Positions 47,054 through 55,389 of a stretch of 64,000 bases of DNA are shown here, piece by piece. The notes under the pieces were generated by a model, which saw only the letters and a list, made by a program, of their open reading frames with translations, searched no databases and was not told where the DNA came from. Position numbers and translations under genes: made by a program. This DNA is from Eubacteriales bacterium. GTDB taxonomy: Bacteria > Bacillota > Clostridia > Oscillospirales > CAG-272. Positions within the stretch are counted from its first letter, which is position 1, and each line of letters opens with the position of its first letter. Location of the stretch: positions 1,100 through 65,099 of the forward strand of contig JAZODH010000003.1 in the NCBI GenBank assembly GCA_045596925.1, in the 5' to 3' direction.

Positions 47054-47858
47054 AGGCAGTTTTATAATTTCCCGTTTCGCTGCAGCACTTTTCAAAGTCA
47101 CTGCATACGAAATATCTGACGGGAACGGGCAAGGATATATCCGCGGAGATCCTTTCAAGTATCTCCGCCGCCTCGGCAAATTTTTCGTCTTCTATCAGTT
47201 TCATCGCTTCAAGGTGGAGACCGAAGCTTTCATTTTCAAAATAAGCGTCCTCTGTCGCCTCACCGCCGAACAGTGATGCGTAGAGGGCAAAATCGCAGTT
47301 GTAGGTCAACTCGCACCTGTCAGGCAGACTCGCGTCGATACCCAAGGTAGGCGAGATATTCCCCATAAAATCAAGGTAAGGTGCTATTTTTGCCGCCGCC
47401 ACACCGCCATCAAGAACGGTGTTTTCAGAGAGTCGGAGCGCCTCGTCAAAATAAACGCAAGCCAGGCGCAGATTTCCCGCGTCAAACTCCTCGATACCCA
47501 AGTGCAAAGCGGACTGAGACGCAAAATATACCAGCTCCTGGTCCTCGTATTTCCCGTCAAGGCATTCAAGTGCAAGCTGACGGCAAATTCCCCACTCGCG
47601 CAATTTATAGGCTTGAACTATATTTGAATAAGCGGAATATTTTCTGAACCGCGCCTCCTCCTCGGGGCTGTCGGACAGAAGATATCCCACGGGAACGCCA
47701 AGTCTCTCCGCCAAGGTTATGGCAACGGGCAAGGAGGGGGTGGCGACGCCGTTTTCGATCTTACTGAGCATATTGCGGGTGATAGCGTCCCCCGCAAGAT
47801 CCTTTTGCGTCAGCATTTTTGAAGTCCTGACGTTTTTTATTTTTTCACCAATACTCAT
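46998..47858 (-). CDS. XRE-family HTH regulator with helical-repeat (TPR-like) C-terminal domain
   Basis: 286 aa. HTH IKNVRTSKMLTQKDLA...MLSKIENG followed by about 220 aa of predicted helical repeats. ATGA overlap with the upstream gene. Confidence 0.85.
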   Translation of the reverse strand: MSIGEKIKNVRTSKMLTQKDLAGDAITRNMLSKIENGVATPSLPVAITLAERLGVPVGYLLSDSPEEEARFRKYSAYSNIVQAYKLREWGICRQLALECLDGKYEDQELVYFASQSALHLGIEEFDAGNLRLACVYFDEALRLSENTVLDGGVAAAKIAPYLDFMGNISPTLGIDASLPDRCELTYNCDFALYASLFGGEATEDAYFENESFGLHLEAMKLIEDEKFAEAAEILERISADISLPVPVRYFVCSDFEKCCSETGNYKTAYEMSQNKIRILEKMLSAV

Positions 47859-48379
47859 CTTTCAAATATACTTTTTCCTTTCGCGTCGATTCCGACGATA
47901 AGAGAAAAATTTTCAATTTCTATTCGTTTTACCGATTCACAGCCGAGATCGTCAAATGCCACGACCTCGCATTTTTTTATTGCCTTTGCGGCAAGAGCGC
48001 CCGCACCGCCTACGGCACAGAAATACACGGCGCCATGCTTTTTAAGAGCTTCTCTTACCTCGTCGCTCATCTGACCTTTTCCGATAATTCCCGCCATGCC
48101 GCATTCGAGCATCACGGGCGCATAGGGATTCATTCGGGATGAGGTGGTAGGTCCGCAGGAGCCGACGGCAAGTCCGTTTTTGGCAGGTGTCGGACCCGCG
48201 TAGTAGACTACCGCGCCCTCAATATCAAAGGGGGGCTTTTCGCCCTTTTCAAGCATAGCGATAATTCTTTTATGCGCCGCATCGCGTGCGGTATAGACGG
48301 TACCGCTGAGGCTGACCGTGTCACCTGCACGAAGCTCGCCTGCCACGCTTTTCAGCTCGTAGACTTTTATTTCTTTCAT
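47855..48379 (-). CDS. class I Fe-S hydro-lyase (fumarate hydratase / L-tartrate dehydratase) beta subunit
   Basis: 174 aa. Motifs VYTARDAAHKR, GPTTSSRMN and IIGKGQMS. Start refined to the ATG at 48379 (MKEIKVYEL), 1 nt after the upstream stop. The track start at 48514 is rejected. Confidence 0.85.
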   Translation of the reverse strand: MKEIKVYELKSVAGELRAGDTVSLSGTVYTARDAAHKRIIAMLEKGEKPPFDIEGAVVYYAGPTPAKNGLAVGSCGPTTSSRMNPYAPVMLECGMAGIIGKGQMSDEVREALKKHGAVYFCAVGGAGALAAKAIKKCEVVAFDDLGCESVKRIEIENFSLIVGIDAKGKSIFER

Positions 48380-48380
48380 A

Positions 48381-49181
48381 TCAGTGCTTTTGAGGCTTGA
48401 GGTTTTTGAAGAAGTCCGCGGCCTTGCGCTCGGACGCACGGCGTTTGGGGGTGTTGTCAACCTTTGAAACACCGCCCTGTATCTTGCCGAGCATGGTAGA
48501 CTCCATACCTTCAAGCTTCATTGTACTCTGGTTCATGCGACCCATAATGTCATCAAGTGCCTTTTCCAGGATCGTCTGTGCGTACTCGCGCACGGCCGCC
48601 ACCTCGCACTTGCCTTCCTCGGAAATAAGTCTCAGGCTTGCAAATACGGAATCGGACGCGGCTTTGGCGCTTTCCTCCAAGGCACGCTTTCTCGCCTCGG
48701 TCTCGGCTCTCGAACGCTCGTCACGCGCGTTTGCCTCTTTGTTTGCATTATCTATTATTTCCTGCGCCATTTTCTTGGCGGAGATAAGGGTCGCTCCGAT
48801 GTTTGCGCTGTTCTGATCGTAAAGCATCGCCTTTTCCCGAAGCTCGGCAAGCTCGCCCAAGTCAACCGGCTCAAGCGCGTCCTGCATCTCGTCCTCAAGA
48901 CGGACGTTTTCCTCCTGCTCGCGCTGAAGCTGAGCCGCAAGTCCGTCCCTTTCCGCCTCAAGAGCGGCTATCTTTTCTTTATATTCCTCTGCCAGCTTCT
49001 GAGCTTCAAGAGCGGCCTTCTCCGCCTTTTCGGCTCTGGCATCAGCCGCCTTTGCTTCGGCTCTTGCACTTTCCTCGCGCTCTGCCGCCTCGGCGTTGAA
49101 TTTCACAAGGTAATTATTGACGTCCGACTTGTTATATCCTCGCATCGAACTTCTGAATACTACGTTTTTTGAGTTTTCCAT
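48381..49181 (-). CDS. DivIVA-domain coiled-coil protein
   Basis: N-terminal FRSSMRGYNKSDVNNYL matches the DivIVA N-terminal motif, followed by Ala/Glu/Lys-rich coiled coil. The start at 49181 (MENSKN) is downstream of the predicted promoter; its SD (GAGGA) spacing is short. Confidence 0.75.
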   Translation of the reverse strand: MENSKNVVFRSSMRGYNKSDVNNYLVKFNAEAAEREESARAEAKAADARAEKAEKAALEAQKLAEEYKEKIAALEAERDGLAAQLQREQEENVRLEDEMQDALEPVDLGELAELREKAMLYDQNSANIGATLISAKKMAQEIIDNANKEANARDERSRAETEARKRALEESAKAASDSVFASLRLISEEGKCEVAAVREYAQTILEKALDDIMGRMNQSTMKLEGMESTMLGKIQGGVSKVDNTPKRRASERKAADFFKNLKPQKH

Positions 49182-49231
49182 ACGTCCTCGATTCCGCCCC
49201 AAAGGCATTTTTCTGTAAACATATTCATTAT

Positions 49232-49260
49232 ATGATACCACAAAAATATCAAATAATCAA
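49232..49260 (-). promoter_or_regulatory. SigA-type promoter of the DivIVA-like/fumarase-beta/XRE/lipoprotein cassette
   Basis: Minus strand reads TTGATT, 17 nt, TATCAT, with an extended -10 TG (TGGTATCAT). Confidence 0.5.
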
Positions 49261-49284
49261 GAGTTTTGTTTTATTTAGTCAAAT

Positions 49285-49318
49285 CAAAAATCGGCGCATG
49301 GATTTTGCGCCGATTTTA
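49285..49318 (-). terminator. intrinsic terminator after rqcH
   Basis: atcggcgca, 7 nt, tgcgccgat, flanked by an A-run and a T-run. Confidence 0.7.
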
Positions 49319-49320
49319 TC

Positions 49321-51075
49321 TTATCTTTTCATTTTTTCGATCTTTTCTTTTGAGGGGGTCACGTAGGCAGTCCAGTTGGTGTGGTAGATAACAAGTCCGG
49401 GTTTACCGCCCGCCACCTTTTTGACGTTCCGTGCCAAGGTATAGTCGACGGCGATATTTTCGCCCGTTGCCTTTGAATGGAATGCCGCGATCTCTGCCGC
49501 TTGGGTAAAATCGGTCACGTCGGGTTCTACTCCGTCGCAGACCATGACCACGTGGGATCCGGGCTGTCCTTTTGCGTGGAACCAATAATCGTTCTTCTCC
49601 GCCAGACGGTGGGTGATATACTCGTTTTGAATGTTGTTCTTTCCGCAAAGCACGGTAAATCCGCCGTCGGTGACGAATTTTGCCACCACGGGATTTTTCT
49701 TCTTTGCGGCGGTGTAATCCTTCATTTTGGAAGCGTAACCCGAGCTGTAAAGCTCCTCGCGGATCTCGGAAAGCTCGACGGCCCCCTCTGCTCTTGACAG
49801 AGCGTCTGCGACGCCCCAAATATATTCAAGCTCAGCCTGCGCAAGCTCTATCTGACGGGTCAGCTCCACCTTCGCATTCTTTGACTTATTGTATTTTTTA
49901 TACATTCCCTGTGCGTTCTGAGCGGGTGTCAGTCGCTCGTCAAGCTCTATCTCGCGCTGAATGAAATCCCCATTTTCGTCGGTCTCGGAATAGTCGGTGA
50001 GGGTCACGCGCTTCATGCCTCTCTGCAAAAGGTAAATGTTTGCGGTTATAAGGTCTCCGAGAGCTTTATATTCCTCTCCCTTTTCGCAGTCCGCAAGCTC
50101 CTGACGCTGAATTACCAGCTTCTTTGAAAGTCTCGTTTCAGCATTGTTCAGAATATGCAGAATATCGGAGGCCCGCTGTTTTACGCGGATATCACGGTCC
50201 CGCGTTTCAAAGAAGCAGTCCAGGGTCTCGCCCACCGAATCAAAGTGCTTGAGCGCGTCGTCTCCGTACTGGGTAAGGGGAATGAAGGAATATTCCGCCG
50301 GGTGATCTCCGTCGAAAACGACGCAAGGGCGACTTTCCCCTGCTTTGATGCCTTCAATGACACGTGAAAATTCCGACCAAAGCGATGCAAATGTGCAATA
50401 GCGCAAGGGAGTGTCGGTGTGGCGGGTCGAGCAAAAGCAGATCTCACGGGCAACGGCGGCGGAAATGCCGAGATAATTGTCGGTGATGAACTTGTCCCCT
50501 CGCATTTCGGGGCTTGCGCTCTCAAAGGAACTCAAAAAGCCTTCCTCGTCTTCCTCAAGAGGATTTTTCTTATCCTGCTTTGGAGGCAGCTCGTATGTCA
50601 TACCGGGCAGAAGCTGACGGAGCGAGCTGGTAGTAAAATCTACCGTGCGAAGCAGGGATATTATCTTTTTGTTCTGATCGGTAAAGATCAAATTGCTGTA
50701 TTTTCCCATGATCTCCGCGATCAGGTAGCGCTTACAGGGGAATCCAAGCTCGTCGTAAGCCTCAAACTCTATCTCCGCCACTCTCTCAAAGCCCGGCTGG
50801 TATATTTCACTCAACTTCGCGCCTGTCAAATGCTTGCGCAAAAGCATACAGAACATGGGCGGCTGGGCGGGGTTTTCCTTTTGTGCTTGTGTAAATCCCA
50901 TTCTGGGATTACTCGTTCCCGCGTCGATAAGCAATTTCCGACCACCCTCACGGGAGCGCAGAATCAATATGAGCTTATCCCTCTCGGGCTGGTGTATCTT
51001 TTCTATCTTCGCCCCAAGGCACGCGCCTTTAAGCTCACATATGGACGAAGACAGCATTCCTGCATCAAATGCCAT
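49321..51075 (-). CDS. rqcH: ribosome quality-control protein RqcH (NFACT / FbpA family)
   Basis: 584 aa. NFACT-N start (IEKIHQPERDKLIL), central coiled coil and a C-terminal NFACT-R-like region (WFHAKGQPGSHVV). Confidence 0.9.
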   Translation of the reverse strand: MAFDAGMLSSSICELKGACLGAKIEKIHQPERDKLILILRSREGGRKLLIDAGTSNPRMGFTQAQKENPAQPPMFCMLLRKHLTGAKLSEIYQPGFERVAEIEFEAYDELGFPCKRYLIAEIMGKYSNLIFTDQNKKIISLLRTVDFTTSSLRQLLPGMTYELPPKQDKKNPLEEDEEGFLSSFESASPEMRGDKFITDNYLGISAAVAREICFCSTRHTDTPLRYCTFASLWSEFSRVIEGIKAGESRPCVVFDGDHPAEYSFIPLTQYGDDALKHFDSVGETLDCFFETRDRDIRVKQRASDILHILNNAETRLSKKLVIQRQELADCEKGEEYKALGDLITANIYLLQRGMKRVTLTDYSETDENGDFIQREIELDERLTPAQNAQGMYKKYNKSKNAKVELTRQIELAQAELEYIWGVADALSRAEGAVELSEIREELYSSGYASKMKDYTAAKKKNPVVAKFVTDGGFTVLCGKNNIQNEYITHRLAEKNDYWFHAKGQPGSHVVMVCDGVEPDVTDFTQAAEIAAFHSKATGENIAVDYTLARNVKKVAGGKPGLVIYHTNWTAYVTPSKEKIEKMKR

Positions 51076-51087
51076 AAAAAATTCCTT

Positions 51088-51945
51088 TTATTTCACAAGT
51101 TTTCTGTCGTCGATGGGCGAGATGCCGAACCGACGTTTATACTGACGGTAGAAGGAGGAGTAATCCTTGAAGCCGCACTCGGTGGCGGCAACCGTAGCTG
51201 TTTTTCCGTCCTTTAACATAGCTCTTGCCACAAGCAATCTCTTGAGCACGACGTAGTCCCACACGGACGAGCCCGTGGACTGCTTAAAGGCGCGGTTTAT
51301 ATAGGATTTACTGAAGAAGAAGTGCTGTTCCAGGGTGTCCAGGCTCCATTCCTCGGTCAGATGCGCGTTGACGTAGGAGATCACTTGGCTTACTATATCG
51401 TTTGTCATACCGCCCGACTGAACGCCCGTGGGGATCTTATTTTTCTCGGTGTTTGCAAGGTGCTGAAGTTCACAGATCACGCTGACCAGGTTAGAGATGA
51501 TGATAGTCATCTTCTCCTCGTCCGAGGAATAGGTGTTACGGCACATACGGCGCATGCAGTTCTCGATATAATCGCAGGACTCCTTGTTGCCCATGAAGTA
51601 ATTATTCTTGCCTATCTGCTTTTCCGTAAATATCTTTGCCAGGTTTGAGCACCACGGAGTTTTTTCAACGAGGCGGATGGGGAATTCGACCACTATACGC
51701 TCGTACGGCTCGTCGGGTTGGATGTGCACCTTATGCACCTCACCGTACTGCATGATAAGAGTACAGCCAGGAACGAGAGGATAGTCGATGCCCTCCACCG
51801 AGTAATAGCCCTTGCCCGAAATAAAGTGGAACACCTCGCAGTTGCGGTGGGCATGGGTGAGAAAATCCTCGTCCCGAGGAGACGTGTCCACCGTGTGGTG
51901 GAGATGAATATCGTCCTTTTTGTATTCGTGATATCGGGTCTTCAT
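51088..51945 (-). CDS. AraC-family transcriptional regulator (cupin sensor + dual HTH)
   Basis: 285 aa. N-terminal cupin-like region (HAHRNCEVFHF) and a C-terminal AraC HTH (SKSYINRAFKQSTG). Confidence 0.9.
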   Translation of the reverse strand: MKTRYHEYKKDDIHLHHTVDTSPRDEDFLTHAHRNCEVFHFISGKGYYSVEGIDYPLVPGCTLIMQYGEVHKVHIQPDEPYERIVVEFPIRLVEKTPWCSNLAKIFTEKQIGKNNYFMGNKESCDYIENCMRRMCRNTYSSDEEKMTIIISNLVSVICELQHLANTEKNKIPTGVQSGGMTNDIVSQVISYVNAHLTEEWSLDTLEQHFFFSKSYINRAFKQSTGSSVWDYVVLKRLLVARAMLKDGKTATVAATECGFKDYSSFYRQYKRRFGISPIDDRKLVK

Positions 51946-51998
51946 AGCTGTTCTCTCCTGCTCTTTTTACATTTAAAATCGCTCTTTGGGGGACACTT

Positions 51999-52120
51999 TG
52001 CAATTCCGATACTTCTATTTTACCAAAAAAGTTCAGAAAATGCAATACTTTTTGACGATATATGCAATTTTATTGCCGGAATATTGTTGTATAATAGGCT
52101 TGTAAAGTTTTTTATGCAAT
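51999..52120 (+). promoter_or_regulatory. four direct TGCAAT repeats in the divergent araC / SDR intergenic region (candidate AraC-type sites)
   Basis: TGCAAT at 51999, 52041, 52063 and 52115, three of them as ATGCAAT(A/T). Spacings are 42, 22 and 52 bp. A TATAAT at 52090-52095 has no good -35. Confidence 0.4.
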
Positions 52121-52156
52121 AATTTTTGTGCCGCTTTGGCGGCGGAAGGAGAAATT

Positions 52157-52981
52157 ATGTCAAAGGTTTGTGTTGTTACGGGTGCGGGAGGAGTTCTCTG
52201 TGCGTCCTTTGCCGAGGAAATGGCAAGAAACGGCTACAGCGTTGCCCTGCTTGATCTGAATCTTGAGGCGGCTGAAAGGGTCGCTCAAGGCATATGCGAC
52301 AACGGGGGCACGGCTAAGGCTTACAAGGCAAACGTTCTTGAAAAGGCAGCACTGGAGGAAGTCCACGCAGCAATTCTCGCCGATCTTGGCAAATGCAACG
52401 TCCTCATCAACGGCGCAGGCGGAAACAACCCCAGAGCCACCACTACAAATGAGTATTTTACACCCGGTGACGAGGTAAGAGACGATATCAAGACCTTCTT
52501 CAATCTCGATCGTGAGGGCTTCGATTTCGTATTCAGCCTCAACCTCATGGGAACTCTTATTCCCACGCAGGTCTTCGCTGCAGACATGATCGGCGGCGAG
52601 GGTTGCAGTATCGTAAACGTTTCTTCCATGAACGCATACACCCCTTTGACAAAGATCCCCGCGTACAGCGCGGCAAAGGCGGGCGTTTCCAATTTCACAC
52701 AGTGGCTTGCCGTTCACTTTGCATCTACGGGAATCCGCGTCAACGCTATCGCTCCCGGCTTCTTCGTAACGGCTCAGAACCAGGCACTTCTCTTTAACGA
52801 GGACGGCACTCCCACTCCCAGAACAAACAAAATTCTGGCGGCTACCCCCATGGGCAGGTTCGGTGAGGCAGAGGAGCTTCTCGGAACTCTCAAATATCTG
52901 ACCGATCCCGCCGCGGCAAGCTTTGTTACAGGCATCGTTATTCCCGTTGACGGCGGTTTCTCCGCTTATTCGGGAGTATAA
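52157..52981 (+). CDS. SDR-family oxidoreductase (YjmF/UxuB-like, tentative)
   Basis: VVTGAGGVLC cofactor motif and the YSAAKAG catalytic Tyr-x3-Lys. Start refined to the ATG at 52157 after GGAAGGAGA. Confidence 0.9.
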   Translation: MSKVCVVTGAGGVLCASFAEEMARNGYSVALLDLNLEAAERVAQGICDNGGTAKAYKANVLEKAALEEVHAAILADLGKCNVLINGAGGNNPRATTTNEYFTPGDEVRDDIKTFFNLDREGFDFVFSLNLMGTLIPTQVFAADMIGGEGCSIVNVSSMNAYTPLTKIPAYSAAKAGVSNFTQWLAVHFASTGIRVNAIAPGFFVTAQNQALLFNEDGTPTPRTNKILAATPMGRFGEAEELLGTLKYLTDPAAASFVTGIVIPVDGGFSAYSGV

Positions 52982-52995
52982 ATAAGGAGACAAAT

Positions 52996-53838
52996 ATGGT
53001 GAACGGATTCAAGCTCGCCGCTTTTGCGGACGAGGCAAGCAGTAATTTTGACGGGCAGATCAAAGCCATGAAGCGAAACGGCATCGAAATGCTGGAGATT
53101 CGTGGCGTTGACGGTGAAAACGTAGCAAAGATCAGCGCAGACAAGGCAAAAGAAGTAAAGAAAAAGCTCAGCGACGCGGGAATTTCCGTCTGGTCTATCG
53201 GCTCCCCCGTGGGCAAGACCAAGATTCAGGACGATTTCGCCTTTGAGACAGAGCAGTTCAAGAGAGTTCTTGAAACTGCTTACATAACCGAGGCAAAGTG
53301 CATTCGTCTGTTCAGCTTCTACGGTACAGAGGGCAAAGCCGAGTACAGAGACGAGGTTTTTGAGAGACTTTCCAAATACGTGGAAATGGCAAAGGGCATC
53401 GGAATAGTTCTCTGCCACGAAAACGAAAAGGGCATTTACGGCGACGTGGCTTCCCGTTGCGCGGAGATCCACCGTGCGCTCCCCGAGATCAAGGCAGTAT
53501 TTGACCCCGCGAACTTTATCCAGAGCGGTCAGGAGACCCTTTCCGCTTGGGAGATGCTGAAGCCTTACGTTTACTACTTCCACATCAAGGACTGCGCAGA
53601 AAACGGCAGCATCGTTCCCGCAGGACACGGTATAGGCAAACTGCCCGAGCTTATTGCAGACTACAAGGGCATCGCGTCCAACGTCCTGACAGTCGAGCCT
53701 CACCTGACGAAATTCGTCGGTCTTGCGGCACTGGAGGGTGACGACAAGAGTGAGGTCGGAGGTCTTTCCTTCAAAAACAACGACGAAGCATTTGATTGCG
53801 CCGTTGACGCTCTGAAAAAGATAATCACTGACATTTAA
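52996..53838 (+). CDS. sugar phosphate isomerase/epimerase (xylose isomerase-like TIM barrel)
   Basis: 280 aa. AP-endonuclease-2/TIM-barrel pattern (VLCHENE..., FDPANF, HIKD). AAGGAGA RBS. Confidence 0.82.
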   Translation: MVNGFKLAAFADEASSNFDGQIKAMKRNGIEMLEIRGVDGENVAKISADKAKEVKKKLSDAGISVWSIGSPVGKTKIQDDFAFETEQFKRVLETAYITEAKCIRLFSFYGTEGKAEYRDEVFERLSKYVEMAKGIGIVLCHENEKGIYGDVASRCAEIHRALPEIKAVFDPANFIQSGQETLSAWEMLKPYVYYFHIKDCAENGSIVPAGHGIGKLPELIADYKGIASNVLTVEPHLTKFVGLAALEGDDKSEVGGLSFKNNDEAFDCAVDALKKIITDI

Positions 53839-53853
53839 ACGGAGGAAAACAAA

Positions 53854-55029
53854 ATGGAAATCGTAAGACTTGGTATTATTGGCGTTGGTAACATGGGTAG
53901 CTCACACCTCAAGAGCATAACTGCCGGCAACGTGCCCGGCATGACGGTAACGGCAGTTGCAGACATCAACCCAAAAAGACTTGAGGCGGCAAAGGAAATA
54001 AAGGAAGACGTTGCTTGCTTTGACGATGCGATCAAGATGATGGAGTCCGGACTTGTTGACGCTATCCTCGTAGCCGTTCCCCACTATGATCACCCCAAGC
54101 TCGCTATTGAAGGTCTTCGTCACGGTCTGCACGTTATGTGCGAAAAGCCCGCAGGCGTTTACACTCTCGCCGTCCGGGAAATGATGGAGGAGGCTGACCG
54201 TCACCCCGAGCTTATCTTTGCTATGATGTTCAATCAGAGGACGAATTGCCTTTACAAAAAGATGCGCGAGATCGTAAAGAGCGGTGAGCTTGGAAATATC
54301 CGCCGCACGAACTGGCTCATTACCAACTGGTACCGTCCTCAGTGCTACTACGATTCGGGCGAGTGGAGAGCAACCTGGAGCGGTGAAGGCGGTGGCGTTC
54401 TGCTCAACCAGTGCCCTCACAACCTTGACCTTTGGCAGTGGATCTGCGGAATGCCCAAAAAGGTCGACGCAAAGCTCCACTACGGCAAGTGGCACGACAT
54501 TGAGGTAGAGGACGACGTTACCGCTTACGTCGAATACGAAAACGGCGCAACGGGCACTTTCATCACAAGCACCGGCGACGCTCCCGGCACCAACCGCTTT
54601 GAGATCACGCTTGACGGCGGAAAGCTGGTGGCAGAGGACAACAAGCTGACCCTTTACAAGCTGGATACTCCAGAGCCTGAGTTCACAAAAACAAACACCA
54701 AGCCCTTCGGTCATCCCAACATCGAGAAGATCGAGGTTGAGCTTGACGGTGAAAATCCCCAGCACAAGGGCGTGCTTATCGCATTCACCGATGCAATCCT
54801 TAACGGCGGAAAGCTTATCGCTGACGGCAGAGAGGGTATCTTCGGTCTGACCATTTCCAACGCTATGCACCTTTCCTCCTGGACGGGCAAAGCAGTTGAA
54901 CTTCCTCTTGACGAAGAGCTTTTCAAGGCCGAGCTTGACAAGAGGATCGCAACCTCCCGCAGAAAAGAAAACGTAGTTGAGGTAGTGGCTGACACCTCTT
55001 CTTCCTACAATTCCGGAAAAGTCAAATAA
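53854..55029 (+). CDS. Gfo/Idh/MocA-family NAD(P)-dependent oxidoreductase
   Basis: LGIIGVGNMGSSH Rossmann start and an MCEKPAG (EKP) motif. GGAGGAAA RBS. Confidence 0.9.
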   Translation: MEIVRLGIIGVGNMGSSHLKSITAGNVPGMTVTAVADINPKRLEAAKEIKEDVACFDDAIKMMESGLVDAILVAVPHYDHPKLAIEGLRHGLHVMCEKPAGVYTLAVREMMEEADRHPELIFAMMFNQRTNCLYKKMREIVKSGELGNIRRTNWLITNWYRPQCYYDSGEWRATWSGEGGGVLLNQCPHNLDLWQWICGMPKKVDAKLHYGKWHDIEVEDDVTAYVEYENGATGTFITSTGDAPGTNRFEITLDGGKLVAEDNKLTLYKLDTPEPEFTKTNTKPFGHPNIEKIEVELDGENPQHKGVLIAFTDAILNGGKLIADGREGIFGLTISNAMHLSSWTGKAVELPLDEELFKAELDKRIATSRRKENVVEVVADTSSSYNSGKVK

Positions 55030-55041
55030 TTTTACACAACA

Positions 55042-55075
55042 CCCCCGTCGGGCTTCGCCCGACGGGGGTTCGTCT
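55042..55075 (+). terminator. intrinsic terminator after the Gfo/Idh/MocA gene
   Basis: GC-rich 12-bp stem cccccgtcgggc/gcccgacggggg with a 3-nt loop, followed by an interrupted T-tract (ttcgtctt). Confidence 0.65.
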
Positions 55076-55130
55076 TGCCTGCCATGCCCGCACGATGCAA
55101 AATAGAGGCATCAAGCTCGCCACGGAAATC

Positions 55131-55165
55131 GAGAATAAGTGAGAATAAGCGAGAATAAGTGAGAT
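55131..55165. repeat. 3.5 tandem copies of a 10-bp unit GAGAATAAG(T/C)
   Basis: gagaataagt gagaataagc gagaataagt gagat, in the noncoding gap between the Gfo-operon terminator and the pot promoter. Confidence 0.8.
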
Positions 55166-55250
55166 TTTGCAAGAAAAATCCTCAAAAACGGCGTTTTAAC
55201 TTGAATAATTGAGAGAAATAATATTTTTTTGCGAAATTTTTCAAAATATA

Positions 55251-55279
55251 TTGCATTTTTTCTCAATCTCTGTTATAAT
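55251..55279 (+). promoter_or_regulatory. SigA-type promoter of potABCD
   Basis: TTGCAT, 17 nt, TATAAT. Predicted leader of about 100 nt to the TTG start at 55390. Confidence 0.6.
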
Positions 55280-55389
55280 ACATTCCCAAGAGGGTATTGC
55301 AGATTGCTCAGTCTGAAAAAACAGGCGGGGAATTTGTCTTACCCTCGCTCAAATTTTCATCTCATTTATTTTTTGGAGGATTAAAGAAA

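Noticed and set aside
47855-48514. N-terminally extended ORF-track models (also 3157-4413, 7085-7933, 13056-14288, 18374-19879, 23691-25625, 55297-56520).
   Set aside because: The extensions lack an RBS, run into upstream genes or promoters, and add non-homologous residues. Internal starts with GGAGG-type RBSs and stop/start coupling fit better.
48381-49241. The 286-aa ORF upstream of the fumarase beta gene, considered as the missing alpha subunit or as a non-coding low-complexity stretch.
   Set aside because: It has no Cys ligands or alpha-subunit motifs. It does carry a DivIVA N-terminal motif (FRSSMRGYNKSDVNNYL) and heptad periodicity, so it is kept as a DivIVA-domain CDS.
55131-55165. 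Tandem decamer repeats, considered as a CRISPR array or minisatellite.
   Set aside because: The 10-bp units are directly abutting with no spacers, only 3.5 copies are present, and there are no cas genes. They are kept only as a possible regulatory array.
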